Source of the DNA: Microcoleaceae cyanobacterium bin_387
GTDB lineage: Bacteria; Cyanobacteriota; Cyanobacteriia; Cyanobacteriales; Microcoleaceae
Assembly (NCBI GenBank): GCA_037440985.1
Contig: JBBITB010000001.1
Span: forward strand, 1 to 43,797
Reading direction: 5' to 3'
DNA length: 43,797 nt
How positions within the stretch are numbered: position 1 is the first letter of the stretch; every line of letters begins with the position of its first letter. Below, in pieces: positions 27,696-37,266 of the stretch. A model generated the notes under the pieces. The model did not search any database and was not told the DNA's origin. It saw only the letters and a program-made list of their open reading frames with translations. The position numbers and the translations under genes were made by a program.

Positions 27696-28793
27696 TTACA
27701 ATGAATATAAAATTAAAGTGCCTTGTTGAGGTATTTTACCATTTTTATTCTGCTCAAATCGCCAATGTTGTTTAAATTTATTGAGAAAATTTTGACCTAA
27801 AATTCCATCTATTTCTAAGAATTTAAGAATGGAACTATCTAAGATGATCACTTCTAATTTATTAAGTTTTTTCTCACCTAATTTAACTTCTGCCAGTTGT
27901 GTGAGTTTTGCCGATTCTAAACCACAAAATCCTTCGACATTAATATCTTTCATCTGAGGGGGCGTGAGCGCGAGTTTTTGGGCGACTTGGGGGGACATAA
28001 AAATACTTTCTGCCCCTGTATCTAATAAAAAAGTAAAAGGACCTTTACCATTTATTTCGACTTGGGCTAACATGACTCCTAATTTTCCTTGCAAAGGAAT
28101 CGCGTTATTACGTTGTTTTGTGGGTAACTCGGAAGGAGGTAATAATTGAATATTCGCTTGAGTCGGATCAATAATTACATCAAATTTACTTAATAAATCC
28201 ATCCCAAAAACTCCTGATATATCATTAGGAATCGCGGTATTTGCTAATTCTAAAACACTTAAATTATCAATATTAATAGACTTATTTTTGAGAGTAGGTA
28301 AACGATGTAAAATCGCCTGAAAATTGGGACAACTATTACCCGCGACAGCATAATCTAAACGATCGCGACTGATGGAGGTTCCCTGAAGCCCCAATTTTTG
28401 GATCAAAGGGGAACCCACCATCGTTGTTACGGCTCCAGTATCGACTAAAAAACGTCCTGATACTGTCCCCACTTGGAAATCCAAGGTCCATAATAACCCC
28501 CCGGAAAGTAAATAAAGGGGTAAAGTTTCTGCCCCGGAGACTTGGGGACGGGGTAATTCTAAATCTTTGAGTCGAACGATCGCGTGAGTGCGAGGATTTG
28601 ATATCATTAGACATCTCGATAAACTACTGTAGGGTAAGTCTCCTATCTGCCATTGCTCCCGTTTTTGGGAGATGTTTGTTGTTACTGCCCAAGGTGGGGA
28701 TTTTGCCGACACGGGCGATATCAGAAAACTTCCCACGGAGGATAAGGAAAAGAGAAAAAAAGTCGCGATCGTTCCCCAAAATTCCATAATCAA
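27696..28793 (-). CDS. Secreted two-domain retropepsin-like (clan AA) aspartic protease
   Basis: 365 aa. The N-terminus is a signal peptide. There are two D(T/S)G active-site motifs in duplicated lobes: FLVDTGAVTTMVGSPLIQKLGL near aa 118 and FLLDTGAESIFMSPQVAQKLAL near aa 258. The two-lobed arrangement resembles pepsin. Confidence 0.7.
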   Translation of the reverse strand: MIMEFWGTIATFFLFSLSSVGSFLISPVSAKSPPWAVTTNISQKREQWQIGDLPYSSLSRCLMISNPRTHAIVRLKDLELPRPQVSGAETLPLYLLSGGLLWTLDFQVGTVSGRFLVDTGAVTTMVGSPLIQKLGLQGTSISRDRLDYAVAGNSCPNFQAILHRLPTLKNKSINIDNLSVLELANTAIPNDISGVFGMDLLSKFDVIIDPTQANIQLLPPSELPTKQRNNAIPLQGKLGVMLAQVEINGKGPFTFLLDTGAESIFMSPQVAQKLALTPPQMKDINVEGFCGLESAKLTQLAEVKLGEKKLNKLEVIILDSSILKFLEIDGILGQNFLNKFKQHWRFEQNKNGKIPQQGTLILYSL

Positions 28794-28826
28794 TTACACT
28801 GATAGAAAACTACTTATTTAACTATA

Positions 28827-29402
28827 ATGCCACGAATTAAAGAAATTTTGACCTTTTGGTTTGGTGAAGAGGATGATCTCAATTATGGTAAACCTCGTCA
28901 AGAATGGTTTACCACAAATCCTGAATTTGACGAAAGAACGCGATCGCACTTTCTTTGGGATTATGAATTAGCCGCGACGGGACATTTAGATACTTGGCAA
29001 GAATCACCACAAAGCTGTTTAGCCTTAATCATACTACTTGATCAATTTCCGCGTAATATGTTTCGCGGTACACCCCAAGCCTTTGCCACTGATGCCCGTG
29101 CTTTAGCCGTAGCCCAAAACGCGATCGAACATAAATTTGATCAAAAATTATTACCCGTGCAGAAGTGGTTTATCTATCTCCCCTTTGAACACAGTGAAAA
29201 CTTAGAACATCAGCATCAAAGTGTCGCACTATTTCAACAACTTAACGACGACTCCGATAGTGAACCCGCGATCAATAGTGCTACTCAACATTTAGAAATT
29301 ATCAAAAAATTTGGCAGATTTCCCCATCGCAATCAAATCTTAGGACGAGAAAGCACTCCCGCAGAAATCGAATTTCTCAAACTTCCCCATTCTCGCTTTT
29401 AA
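28827..29402 (+). CDS. DUF924 family protein
   Basis: Hallmark motifs are ILTFWFG, WF, FLWDYELAATG, SPQSCLALIILLDQFPRNMFRG and WFIYLPFEHSE. Confidence 0.8.
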   Translation: MPRIKEILTFWFGEEDDLNYGKPRQEWFTTNPEFDERTRSHFLWDYELAATGHLDTWQESPQSCLALIILLDQFPRNMFRGTPQAFATDARALAVAQNAIEHKFDQKLLPVQKWFIYLPFEHSENLEHQHQSVALFQQLNDDSDSEPAINSATQHLEIIKKFGRFPHRNQILGRESTPAEIEFLKLPHSRF

Positions 29403-29442
29403 TACCCTGGGGAAAAATCTCTGCACTCTCTTGAAACTAACA

Positions 29443-29471
29443 AAAAACCACCGTGATTCGGTGGCTTTTCT
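29443..29471. terminator. Bidirectional rho-independent terminator between convergent genes (aaaaaaccaccgtgattcggtggcttttc)
   Basis: A GC-rich 7-bp stem, ccaccg/cggtgg, is flanked by an A-run on the 5' side and a T-run on the 3' side. It sits between the DUF924 gene (+) and the 29498-30025 gene (-). Confidence 0.55.
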
Positions 29472-29497
29472 GACGAAAATTCAGTCTAACAAATAAC

Positions 29498-30025
29498 TTA
29501 CCAAAGACCTCTAACTGGCGCGGCAGGAGTTACAGAATTCGTGGGCGCTGCGGGTTCTGGGGGAGGAGGAGTCATCGGAACGCTACGAGGCACAGGAGTG
29601 GTTAGAGGACGAGCTGGGATCAGAGGACGTACAGGAGTGGTTTGACTTTGAGTACGAGTCACCGTCAGGTTCCGAACCGCGGTCGTCGCGACCACCTTCG
29701 CATTAGAAAGAACCACTAACTGCTGCACAACGTCAGAATTGGCAAGATACGTCACTTTGATTTTCATGCCCGGTACAAGACCTGCAATACCCTGAACTCG
29801 TCTGTTAATTCTGAGGGTTCTAAAGGGGGCAGTGGCTTCTTCAATCGTCACTACATCTCCGACAATGCTTCTGACAAAACCAATAAAAGTGGTGTAATTA
29901 GCCGTTGAAGACGAGGCTTGCGCGACTTCAATTGTCGGGTTTGCCAACGCGGGAGATACTAAACCCCCACCCACAAGCACAGACAGCAGCGCGCCTGTTA
30001 ATAATTGTTTTTTGTGAATACCCAT
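29498..30025 (-). CDS. Hypothetical secreted protein with Pro/Thr-rich C-terminal tail
   Basis: 175 aa. Signal peptide LLSVLVGGGLVSPALA. The C-terminus is proline-rich (PVRPLIPARPLTTPVPRSVPMTPPPPEPAAP). Confidence 0.5.
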   Translation of the reverse strand: MGIHKKQLLTGALLSVLVGGGLVSPALANPTIEVAQASSSTANYTTFIGFVRSIVGDVVTIEEATAPFRTLRINRRVQGIAGLVPGMKIKVTYLANSDVVQQLVVLSNAKVVATTAVRNLTVTRTQSQTTPVRPLIPARPLTTPVPRSVPMTPPPPEPAAPTNSVTPAAPVRGLW

Positions 30026-30188
30026 TGTTACTTACCCCGCAAGTATTATCAAAGCAAGCATTATATCACTTGTTTGAATTTAGAGACCAATATACTCTAT
30101 TTTTGATGCAACTCTGATGAGATAATCCCTGTCAAGACCCATGACACCTTATTTCTGGGTTCAATCTATGATTTCCGATTCACAGATT

Positions 30189-30250
30189 GGTAGGTTGGGT
30201 TCAGACACCAAACCCAACATCTTCAAGGGGTTAAGTATCGTTCAACCCAA
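30189..30250. repeat. Hairpin repeat family B copy (taggttgggttcagacaccaaacccaacatcttcaaggggttaagtatcgttcaacccaag)
   Basis: Almost identical in layout to 19222-19286. Confidence 0.6.
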
Positions 30251-30419
30251 GGGACAAAAAATCACGAAGGTATTGATTAAGAAACCGGATTTCTCAATCT
30301 ACCTGAGAAGTTAGGTTAATATAGTGAGTCAGTATCTTTCTGTGTCTGGGATACATTCCCTTTCACCAAACAAATAGATAAAAATTAATTTTTGAGGATT
30401 TTTTTTCGGTTGTAATTCA

Positions 30420-31058
30420 GTGGAGACGACGATCGTGTGCAGTAAATCTTTCTCTCAAAGGTTATTTGGTATTAGTTTCATTACAGCCTTGCTGTGTTTG
30501 GGTGTTAACCCCCAGGTAAGGGCTGTTCCCACAACGACATCTACTCCCAGAGCTACTATCGAGCAACAGAATGCTCCTTTAAGCTTTTTGGATAAACCCC
30601 AATTACCTCCTCTAGGGGATGGCTCAAAATTTATTCCCCTCGATCCCATTACTCCCGTTAAACCCGCCGAAGATGTGCGTTTAGTGATTCGACTTAAGGA
30701 TCGTCGTGTTTATGTTTATCGTCAAAATGACGTTCAAACCAGTTTCCCGATCGCGGTGGGTAAGGCGGGATGGGAAACTCCTACGGGTAAATTTAAAGTT
30801 ATTCAAAAGATTAAAAATCCTAGTTGGGAACATCCTTGGACCGGTGAAGTTGTTCCATCGGGGCCTGATAATCCTTTAGGTACTCGTTGGATTGGATTTT
30901 GGACTGATGGTAAAAATGTGATTGGTTTTCATGGTACTCCTAATGAGGAATCTGTTGGTAGAGCCGCGTCTCATGGTTGTGTGAGAATGTTTGATAAGGA
31001 TGTTCAAGTCTTATTTGAAAAGGTGGATGTTGGCACTCCTGTCATCGTTGAACCCTAA
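30420..31058 (+). CDS. L,D-transpeptidase (YkuD domain) with signal peptide
   Basis: YkuD motifs are FPIAVGKAGWETPTGKF, GFHGT, and the catalytic SHGCVRM. Confidence 0.85.
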   Translation: METTIVCSKSFSQRLFGISFITALLCLGVNPQVRAVPTTTSTPRATIEQQNAPLSFLDKPQLPPLGDGSKFIPLDPITPVKPAEDVRLVIRLKDRRVYVYRQNDVQTSFPIAVGKAGWETPTGKFKVIQKIKNPSWEHPWTGEVVPSGPDNPLGTRWIGFWTDGKNVIGFHGTPNEESVGRAASHGCVRMFDKDVQVLFEKVDVGTPVIVEP

Positions 31059-31067
31059 TTATTATAA

Positions 31068-31150
31068 GGAAGAAGGAAGAGGGAAGAAGGAAGAAGGAAG
31101 AGGGAACAATTAATTAACCACAAAGGCACAGAGGCACAAAGGAAGAGGCA
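31068..31150. repeat. Purine-rich tandem hexamer run (ggaaga/ggaagag repeated about 6 times) followed by a copy of accacaaaggcacagaggcacaaagg
   Basis: Seen directly in the sequence. The second part recurs at 15153-15215. Confidence 0.6.
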
Positions 31151-31293
31151 AGAGGGGAGAAAGGGACAGGTGATTAGGATGTTTTATTGAATTTCTTTTC
31201 ACCTGTCACCGGGAAGAAACTCGGTTTCTCTCCTCTTCTTGCCATAAATCACGATTTTTGTACTCATAAAGATAGTTTCTGCATCAATCAATC

Positions 31294-31548
31294 TTATTTA
31301 TATTTGAGTTTCATCCCTAAAATCGCAAAATTGAGAATCAGTGTCACTAAGTTAGCTATCACAATAATAATATCTTGACGCAAAATTCCGTAAAGAAACC
31401 ACAGGAATATACCACTTAAAAATGTTATTAGCATTGATAGTGATACATCTTTCGCGGATCTCGTTTTCCATGTTCTCAACATTTGAGGCAAAAACGCGAT
31501 CGTTGTTAAAGTCGCGGCCGAAAATCCTAAGAGATTAATAAAATTCAT
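31294..31548 (-). CDS. SemiSWEET / PQ-loop family sugar transporter (about 84 aa, 3 TM)
   Basis: The PQ-loop motif is AFLPQMLRTWKT, followed by two further hydrophobic helices. The likely start is the ATG at 31548 (MNFINLLG...), which has the SD gggagagggta. The ORF track extends to 31584. Confidence 0.7.
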   Translation of the reverse strand: MNFINLLGFSAATLTTIAFLPQMLRTWKTRSAKDVSLSMLITFLSGIFLWFLYGILRQDIIIVIANLVTLILNFAILGMKLKYK

Positions 31549-31923
31549 TACCCTCTCCCGCTCAAATTTACAATAGACGGACAATTATCTGTGAAAGACA
31601 TTACCGTAATTTCACCAAAACGGCAAGTTTTCTCTGATAATTTTTATTGTTTTTTTATTTTTACTGATTCCTCTTTTCCCTAAAAAATTGACTTTTCGTG
31701 GGGAAGATGAAACGGAAAAGACTGCCAAAATATTCCTGATTTTTGATGAAGCACGATCGCGCTTCTTTTCCAGTCACCCATCACTAAAAAAAGGGACTAA
31801 CCTTGTGCATCCCATCAGGATTTAGGAGTATTTTTGTCTGGTTTTGAGCTATTTATTTAACCGCAGATGAACGCAGATGAACACAGATTTTTATACTTAT
31901 TCTGTCCGATAACTAACAGATTT

Positions 31924-33834
31924 TCATCCCTGTTCCCTGAATTTCCATAATTTGATCGTTTGATCATTACTACCACTGGCAATTATGCCTTTATAGCTCG
32001 CGATACAATTAACGGAATCTGTGTGGCCTAAAAGTATTGCTATCTCATTACCGTTATTGACATCCCATAATTTAATTGTTTTATCCCAACTACCACTAAT
32101 TAGTATTTCTCCATCTACCGAAAAAGTCAGCGCTGAAACTACCCACGGATGTCCTGATAAAATGCGGATGCACTGCCAGGATACAATATCCCAAAGACGA
32201 ATCGTTCGATCTTCTCCTGCCGTTGCCAACCATTTGCCATTGGGACTAAACGCGATCGCTCTGACAGACGCGGTATGTCCTCTCAAAGTATAAATTGATT
32301 CCAATGTACTCAGATTCCATATTTTCACGGTGGAATCCTGACTGGCACTCGCGAAAATCGGTTGACTCTCAATTTTGAGACTGTGTGGGCTAAACGCGAG
32401 GGCTGTTACCGCTAAGATATGTCCCTGAAGTGAGGCGAGTATTTCTCCCGTCTGAGCATCCCAGAGATTAATGGTTTTGTCGGAACTACCACTGGCAAGC
32501 ATTTCCCCATTGGGGCTATAGATTACCACATTAACGGTATGTTTATGGCCTGTTAAGGTTTGAATAATACTGCCTGTTTGGATATCCCAGAGGTTAATGG
32601 TGGGATCGCGACTGCCGCTGGCGAGGATATTTTGCGCCGTCGGATGAAACGCGATCGACTTCACAAATTGACTATGGCCTTGCAAAATCAAGCTTTGTTG
32701 CCCCGTATCTATCTCCCATAGCCGAATTGTCTTGTCATCACTTGCACTCGCGAGAAGCTTGCCATCGGACGCGATCGTGACCGCGTTAACACTTGCAAAT
32801 AAACCATGATGTCCTACTAGGGTAGCATAACATCTCCACAAAGGTGATTTTTGTGATAGTTTCGTTTCTCCCTTTGTCATAGAAATGCTCCTTTTCTTGC
32901 CACCAATTTTCTCAATCTCCGTAATGACTTCCTCCGCACAAGAGAATCTTTCCTTGAGATCATAGGCAATCATGCGATCAAGCAATTGAGTTAACTGTTG
33001 ATGTTTTAGCCCTTCATGAGCATTGATAGCATCGGGCAAACAATAATTCTGCCATGTTGATCGGTGATCAATGAAATCAAACAAATTGAAGGGATGAATG
33101 CCCGTGAGGAGATGAATACAAGTCACTCCTAAACTATAGAGATCACTGGCAAACACCGGTTTACCTCTCAGTTGTTCTGGCGCGGCATAGGCAGGACTAC
33201 CGATCGCGCTTGAGGATTCCAGGGCGATTATTGTCGTCGGAAGTATTGCCACACCAATATCCACTAAAACCAAATCAGCTAAAATATCCCCGCGTTGAGA
33301 AGACTCCAGAGAAACTCGACAAATAATATTTTCAGGCTTGATATCACCATGAATCACGCCACAAAGATGAAGCCACTGAATCACGGGCAGCAGACTGGAC
33401 AAAATTTGCCAGACTTCCTTGACATTAAATGTACCCTTTTGGGCTAAAACCGTGGCTAAATTCTCCCCAGAAATGTACTCACGCACCCGATAGAGAACAC
33501 CATCTTGCACAAATTGATCGCGCACCAAGGGAATTTGAGAAGACAGTCCCAATTCCCCTCCCTCAAATCCCCGCGGTAAGGGAGTTTGGATATCTTGGGA
33601 GTTACCCCAGAATTGTTTGATCACGCAAAGACGGGTAGGGGATTGAGCGCGATCGATCGCGAGAAAAGTCCGAGCCAACCCTCCCTGCCCCAGTAATCTG
33701 ATCGCATGATAGCGTTCGGCTAATAATAAAGGATGGCCACAATTGTTACAGAATCGGTTAACCTCTGGATTTTGCGACTCCCCACAGTTGGGATTAAAAC
33801 AACAGATGTTGATATTAGTGAGTTTGTGATTCAT
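31924..33834 (-). CDS. Ser/Thr protein kinase with N-terminal zinc ribbon and C-terminal 7-bladed WD40 propeller
   Basis: CxxC...CxxC is at the N-terminus (CCFNPNCG...CNNCG). Kinase subdomains are GQGGLARTF, VIKQF, HGDIKPENI, DIG and SPAYAAPE. It is followed by 7 WD40 units. The likely start is ATG 33834 (MNHKLTN), which overlaps the flotillin stop by 20 nt. The ORF track start is 33891. Confidence 0.85.
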   Translation of the reverse strand: MNHKLTNINICCFNPNCGESQNPEVNRFCNNCGHPLLLAERYHAIRLLGQGGLARTFLAIDRAQSPTRLCVIKQFWGNSQDIQTPLPRGFEGGELGLSSQIPLVRDQFVQDGVLYRVREYISGENLATVLAQKGTFNVKEVWQILSSLLPVIQWLHLCGVIHGDIKPENIICRVSLESSQRGDILADLVLVDIGVAILPTTIIALESSSAIGSPAYAAPEQLRGKPVFASDLYSLGVTCIHLLTGIHPFNLFDFIDHRSTWQNYCLPDAINAHEGLKHQQLTQLLDRMIAYDLKERFSCAEEVITEIEKIGGKKRSISMTKGETKLSQKSPLWRCYATLVGHHGLFASVNAVTIASDGKLLASASDDKTIRLWEIDTGQQSLILQGHSQFVKSIAFHPTAQNILASGSRDPTINLWDIQTGSIIQTLTGHKHTVNVVIYSPNGEMLASGSSDKTINLWDAQTGEILASLQGHILAVTALAFSPHSLKIESQPIFASASQDSTVKIWNLSTLESIYTLRGHTASVRAIAFSPNGKWLATAGEDRTIRLWDIVSWQCIRILSGHPWVVSALTFSVDGEILISGSWDKTIKLWDVNNGNEIAILLGHTDSVNCIASYKGIIASGSNDQTIKLWKFREQG

Positions 33835-35803
33835 CCACAATTTCCCCTTGAAGCACCGTAGGGGGATTACTATTGCCATTATTTTCCTCAATGGCAGGTG
33901 TTTGATTCCACAAGAACATTCCCATCACAGCATCCAATAAGCCAGAACCATTGCTACCACTAACAGCAACATCAGGAACCACTCGCACCTGGCGATCGCC
34001 AATCACCTGCATTAGTTGTAATGCCGTGTAAGCCTGACTACCAAGGGCATTTACCCCAGCTTTATAGGCATCGGCTTTGGCATCTCCCGTCAGACGAATG
34101 GACTCCGCTTCACCATTAGCCTGTTCGATCGCGGCTGCGGCTTGGAGTTTAGCAATATTAACACCTTGTTCCGCTGTCACCACTTCTTTTTGAATATCAG
34201 CCAATGCCGTTTCTCGCACCAATTCTTGACGCTGAGTTTGGGCAGTGCGCTGAGTCATATAAGTCTTTTCTTGTTCTTCCGCGATCTTGCGATCGGTCAA
34301 TGTTTGCATTAACTCAGGAGGAGGTGTAATTAAACCAATTAGGGTATCAACGGCCTGGACATCATAAGCCCGTAATGCCTGACGCACATATTCCGCGGCC
34401 TCCGCCTGACGCTCACTCCGCGCAGTGAGAAAATCGAGGATGGTGTATTCCTGAGCCGAGTTGCGGAAGTAGTTGCCCACAATCGGACGCAACACCTGAT
34501 CGACCAGATTTTGCATCGAACCTAAACGCGAAATCACCTTGGGTGCATCCATTGAGCCCACATGGATGATTTGGAACACCTCCAGATCAAAGGTGAAGCC
34601 ATCAAAGGAAAGCAATTTGAGAGCAGAGAGAGAGGAATCGTATCCATGTTCTCCTTGAAAGCGAGAAGTGAAATTGAGTACAATGTTGGTGGTAGGAACC
34701 AGTTCCACTTTCATAATTTTGGTGTTCAGGGGATGTTTACCCGCCTGTAACGACTCAATCCAAACGCCCTTATCTCCCCGACTGACTAGATTGCCGTGGG
34801 TAAAGGAGTCGCCGCTGACATCTCCATGGGATTGCCCTACATAGGAAATCACTACTCCCACATACCCGATCGGTACTTCCGTCATCGGCACTTGTTCCAC
34901 CTGCACAAACCAGGGGTTGAGATTCCATGAGCCAGAGAGCATTACTTGTTCCTGTAAGCCTCTGCGTCCACCTCCATTGATAAAAGTCTGAGCATTCTGA
35001 AAGTTTTCGTGACCTGAGATCACTGGACCGGCAATTTCTCCTTCTTCTATAGGCATTCCATCCCGGGTGGTGACAATTCCTACGCGATCGGGTTTAATTG
35101 AATAAACCCTGAGTTGCTCTGCTGTCATACCATGTGTGGTGGCATTGCGTGATGTAATGACTGTAAACAAAGCTGTGTTGATGCGATAGGTCCCTGTCGT
35201 CAGTACGGGTAACTGTCGCCCTTTTTCACCGTGGTTGATGAGAAATTTGCGGGCATTCTGGAAGTTTTCGCTCTCTACGACTTTGCCTAAAATACGATTG
35301 GGTGGAATTGAGGCGCCATCGTTCGCGATAATGAGTCCGATTTCATCCTGGGGAATAATGATGACTGACTCTTTGTGTACGTTGTACTGCCAGGGAAAGT
35401 AGCCAAAGTGCCAACCCGGAGGCAGAGTATCGGCTTGCAAACCTGCTTCTCCATTGAGCGCGATCAGTCTTCCCGCAAGGAGACTTTTTGAGGAGAATTT
35501 TTTGGTGACAATTCCGACTTCGCGATCGGCAATTACGATCAAACCCGCCACCCAGCCAACCTTGGGTAGAAAGATGAGGATGAGTATCACAGTCCCCAGA
35601 GGATACACCCATACTGGGAAGTCAGGGATCTGAGCTTGTACCAGTTGTATATCCTGCTGTTGAATAGATGGGGAATTGCTTTGAGAGGGATTGGTTTTTG
35701 GAGTCTGGGCTGTGGCTGGTGTTGCCACAGTTGTTATCACATTTGCTAGTACAAAGGATAGAGTCAGCGGCAAAAAATGTCGCAGAAACTTTAATTTCAT
35801 CAT
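33815..35803 (-). CDS. Flotillin-like SPFH/band-7 membrane protein
   Basis: 662 aa. An N-terminal signal/TM segment is followed by a second TM (VWVYPLGTVILILIFLP...). The SPFH-like core is followed by an Ala/Glu-rich coiled-coil tail (IAKLQAAAAIEQANGEAESIRLTGDAKADAYKAG) that is typical of flotillins. ATG 35803 has the SD gaggaaa. Confidence 0.7.
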   Translation of the reverse strand: MMKLKFLRHFLPLTLSFVLANVITTVATPATAQTPKTNPSQSNSPSIQQQDIQLVQAQIPDFPVWVYPLGTVILILIFLPKVGWVAGLIVIADREVGIVTKKFSSKSLLAGRLIALNGEAGLQADTLPPGWHFGYFPWQYNVHKESVIIIPQDEIGLIIANDGASIPPNRILGKVVESENFQNARKFLINHGEKGRQLPVLTTGTYRINTALFTVITSRNATTHGMTAEQLRVYSIKPDRVGIVTTRDGMPIEEGEIAGPVISGHENFQNAQTFINGGGRRGLQEQVMLSGSWNLNPWFVQVEQVPMTEVPIGYVGVVISYVGQSHGDVSGDSFTHGNLVSRGDKGVWIESLQAGKHPLNTKIMKVELVPTTNIVLNFTSRFQGEHGYDSSLSALKLLSFDGFTFDLEVFQIIHVGSMDAPKVISRLGSMQNLVDQVLRPIVGNYFRNSAQEYTILDFLTARSERQAEAAEYVRQALRAYDVQAVDTLIGLITPPPELMQTLTDRKIAEEQEKTYMTQRTAQTQRQELVRETALADIQKEVVTAEQGVNIAKLQAAAAIEQANGEAESIRLTGDAKADAYKAGVNALGSQAYTALQLMQVIGDRQVRVVPDVAVSGSNGSGLLDAVMGMFLWNQTPAIEENNGNSNPPTVLQGEIVDESQTH

Positions 35804-36270
35804 GGTTTTATTTCCTCATTAATAATCAAAACTTCGACTTGCCGTAACTGATACATCTCAAGGTGCTTTAGCTCCGATTAATTAGGCCAATGGAAAAAAG
35901 TTTGGTTACAGTGGTGTTGGGTTTTACTACGTTCAACCCAACCTACTGTTGCGTCACTTTTCCGAAACGATATGAATAAATGTTTTCCTCAATCATAACG
36001 TTATCTCTTGGAATGGGAAAATTCTTGCCGTTTCCCTGTTTCTATTGGCTTTTCTCTGGGATTTTTAATAATTATCTTAAACGTTATATAACTTTACATT
36101 TTGTCAACAGATAGAGCGGTTTGTTGTTGGCGGCTATGGCAGACCTCTCTTCTACAAGGAGAGCTTGGATATCACAAAATCATTAAAAAGTCAATATTTT
36201 CTGAAAAAATATAGCAATCCGAAACTATAACAGATTTAGGATTGCTATAGGACTATATATTTTGTATTTG

Positions 36271-36319
36271 AGTCGGTTTTAACCGACTTTTGCTATTAGA
36301 CAGGGACTTAAGTCCCTGA
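36271..36319. repeat. Hairpin repeat family H (agtcggttttaaccgact ... cagggacttaagtccctg), immediately 3' of the psb operon
   Basis: Two perfect short palindromes. A second copy at 38865-38915 is in the same orientation on the other side of the rubA-ycf48-psbEFLJ cluster. Confidence 0.6.
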
Positions 36320-36421
36320 GGGATTGTGGAAGAATGAAACAGCCAACCCCCCTAGCCTCCCCTGTTGGGGGGGTTGGGGGGGTTGGGAAGGTTAGGGGTA
36401 TCAAAATAATAGGAAACTTCC

Positions 36422-36541
36422 TTAGAGAGAAGAACCCAAACCCGCGTAAGCGCCGTAGAAGAAAATACCAAGAATAGTCAAAGCACCAAGTCCCGCGACA
36501 GTAGCAACAATCCACAAAGGAATTCGGCCTGATTGCAGCAC
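36422..36541 (-). CDS. psbJ: Photosystem II reaction-centre protein J
   Basis: Translation is (M)[38 protein letters not shown], 39 aa, from GTG 36541 with the SD aagagg 7 nt upstream. The ORF track missed it because it is under 60 aa. A spurious ORF at 36279-36590 overlaps it. Confidence 0.85.
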   Translation of the reverse strand: MLQSGRIPLWIVATVAGLGALTILGIFFYGAYAGLGSSL

Positions 36542-36595
36542 AATTTTTACCTCTTACTTCAAAAACACAACCAAAGAAAAATTCAATCAAAATGT

Positions 36596-36660
36596 TTTAG
36601 ATTTGAGATTTTAGACTTTAGATATTTGTATATAGAATCTAAAATCTAAAATCCTGACAT
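36596..36660. other. Strong imperfect stem-loop (gattttagactttagatat / atatagaatctaaaatc) in an unusually long (140 bp) psbL-psbJ spacer
   Basis: The inverted repeat was read directly. tagattt/aaatcta motifs are iterated about 6 times within 36590-36680. Confidence 0.55.
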
Positions 36661-36681
36661 CTAAAATCGTCCCAGTACCAA

Positions 36682-36804
36682 TTAGTTAAAGAAATAACTG
36701 GAAAAGAGAACACCGAGGACAAAAACAAGTAAAAGCCCCAAATAGAGAGAAGTCCGATTTAACTCCACTGGTTGATTATTTGGGTTGGGAGCACGTTCTG
36801 GCAT
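36682..36804 (-). CDS. psbL: Photosystem II reaction-centre protein L
   Basis: Translation is [40 protein letters not shown] (40 aa). It starts 9 nt after the psbF stop. The ORF track missed it. Confidence 0.9.
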   Translation of the reverse strand: MPERAPNPNNQPVELNRTSLYLGLLLVFVLGVLFSSYFFN

Positions 36805-36813
36805 GATATTCTC

Positions 36814-36948
36814 CTATCGTTGAACAAATTGCATGGCCGCGATCGCGCCCAGGAAGAAAATAGTAGGAACCGCGAGGGTATGAACAGCCAACCATCTCAC
36901 CGTAAAAATCGGATAAGAAATGGGCTCATTCGGGGTTCTGCTCGTCAT
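36814..36948 (-). CDS. psbF: Cytochrome b559 beta subunit
   Basis: Translation is [44 protein letters not shown] (44 aa), 20 nt downstream of psbE. The ORF track missed it. Confidence 0.9.
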   Translation of the reverse strand: MTSRTPNEPISYPIFTVRWLAVHTLAVPTIFFLGAIAAMQFVQR

Positions 36949-36968
36949 CTTGTCAAACTCCTTTTCAA

Positions 36969-37217
36969 TTACTTAGCAATGAAATCTTTGATTTGGTTTT
37001 TGGATTCAAAGCGATTAGAGACAATGGGAACCTGTTCACGCGTTTGAGTAAAATACTCATTGGGGCGAGGGGTTCCAAAAGCATCATAAGCCAGGCCTGT
37101 ACTCACAAACAACCAACCCGCGATAAATAACGCGGGGATGGTGATGCTGTGGATCACCCAGTAACGAATACTTGTAATAATGTCACCAAACGGACGTTCA
37201 CCTGTGCTACCCGACAT
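36969..37217 (-). CDS. psbE: Cytochrome b559 alpha subunit
   Basis: 82 aa, [37 protein letters not shown]... The SD gaaggagg lies 7 nt upstream of ATG 37217. Confidence 0.92.
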   Translation of the reverse strand: MSGSTGERPFGDIITSIRYWVIHSITIPALFIAGWLFVSTGLAYDAFGTPRPNEYFTQTREQVPIVSNRFESKNQIKDFIAK

Positions 37218-37266
37218 TGATAGTCCTCCTTCAACAACAGCACTGAGTCTAAATTCGATTCTACTA

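Noticed and set aside
27215-27704. 84-aa minus and 66-aa plus ORFs in the spacer upstream of the giant kinase
   Set aside because: AT-rich, and made of dispersed repeats (family B hairpin, cacggcagtgccgtg palindromes, the 19-mer direct repeats). This region is regulatory and repeat DNA, not coding.
36279-36590. 103-aa minus ORF, and 36772-37047 plus ORF
   Set aside because: They overlap psbJ and psbF/psbL in the wrong frame or strand. The psb small-subunit genes explain this region.
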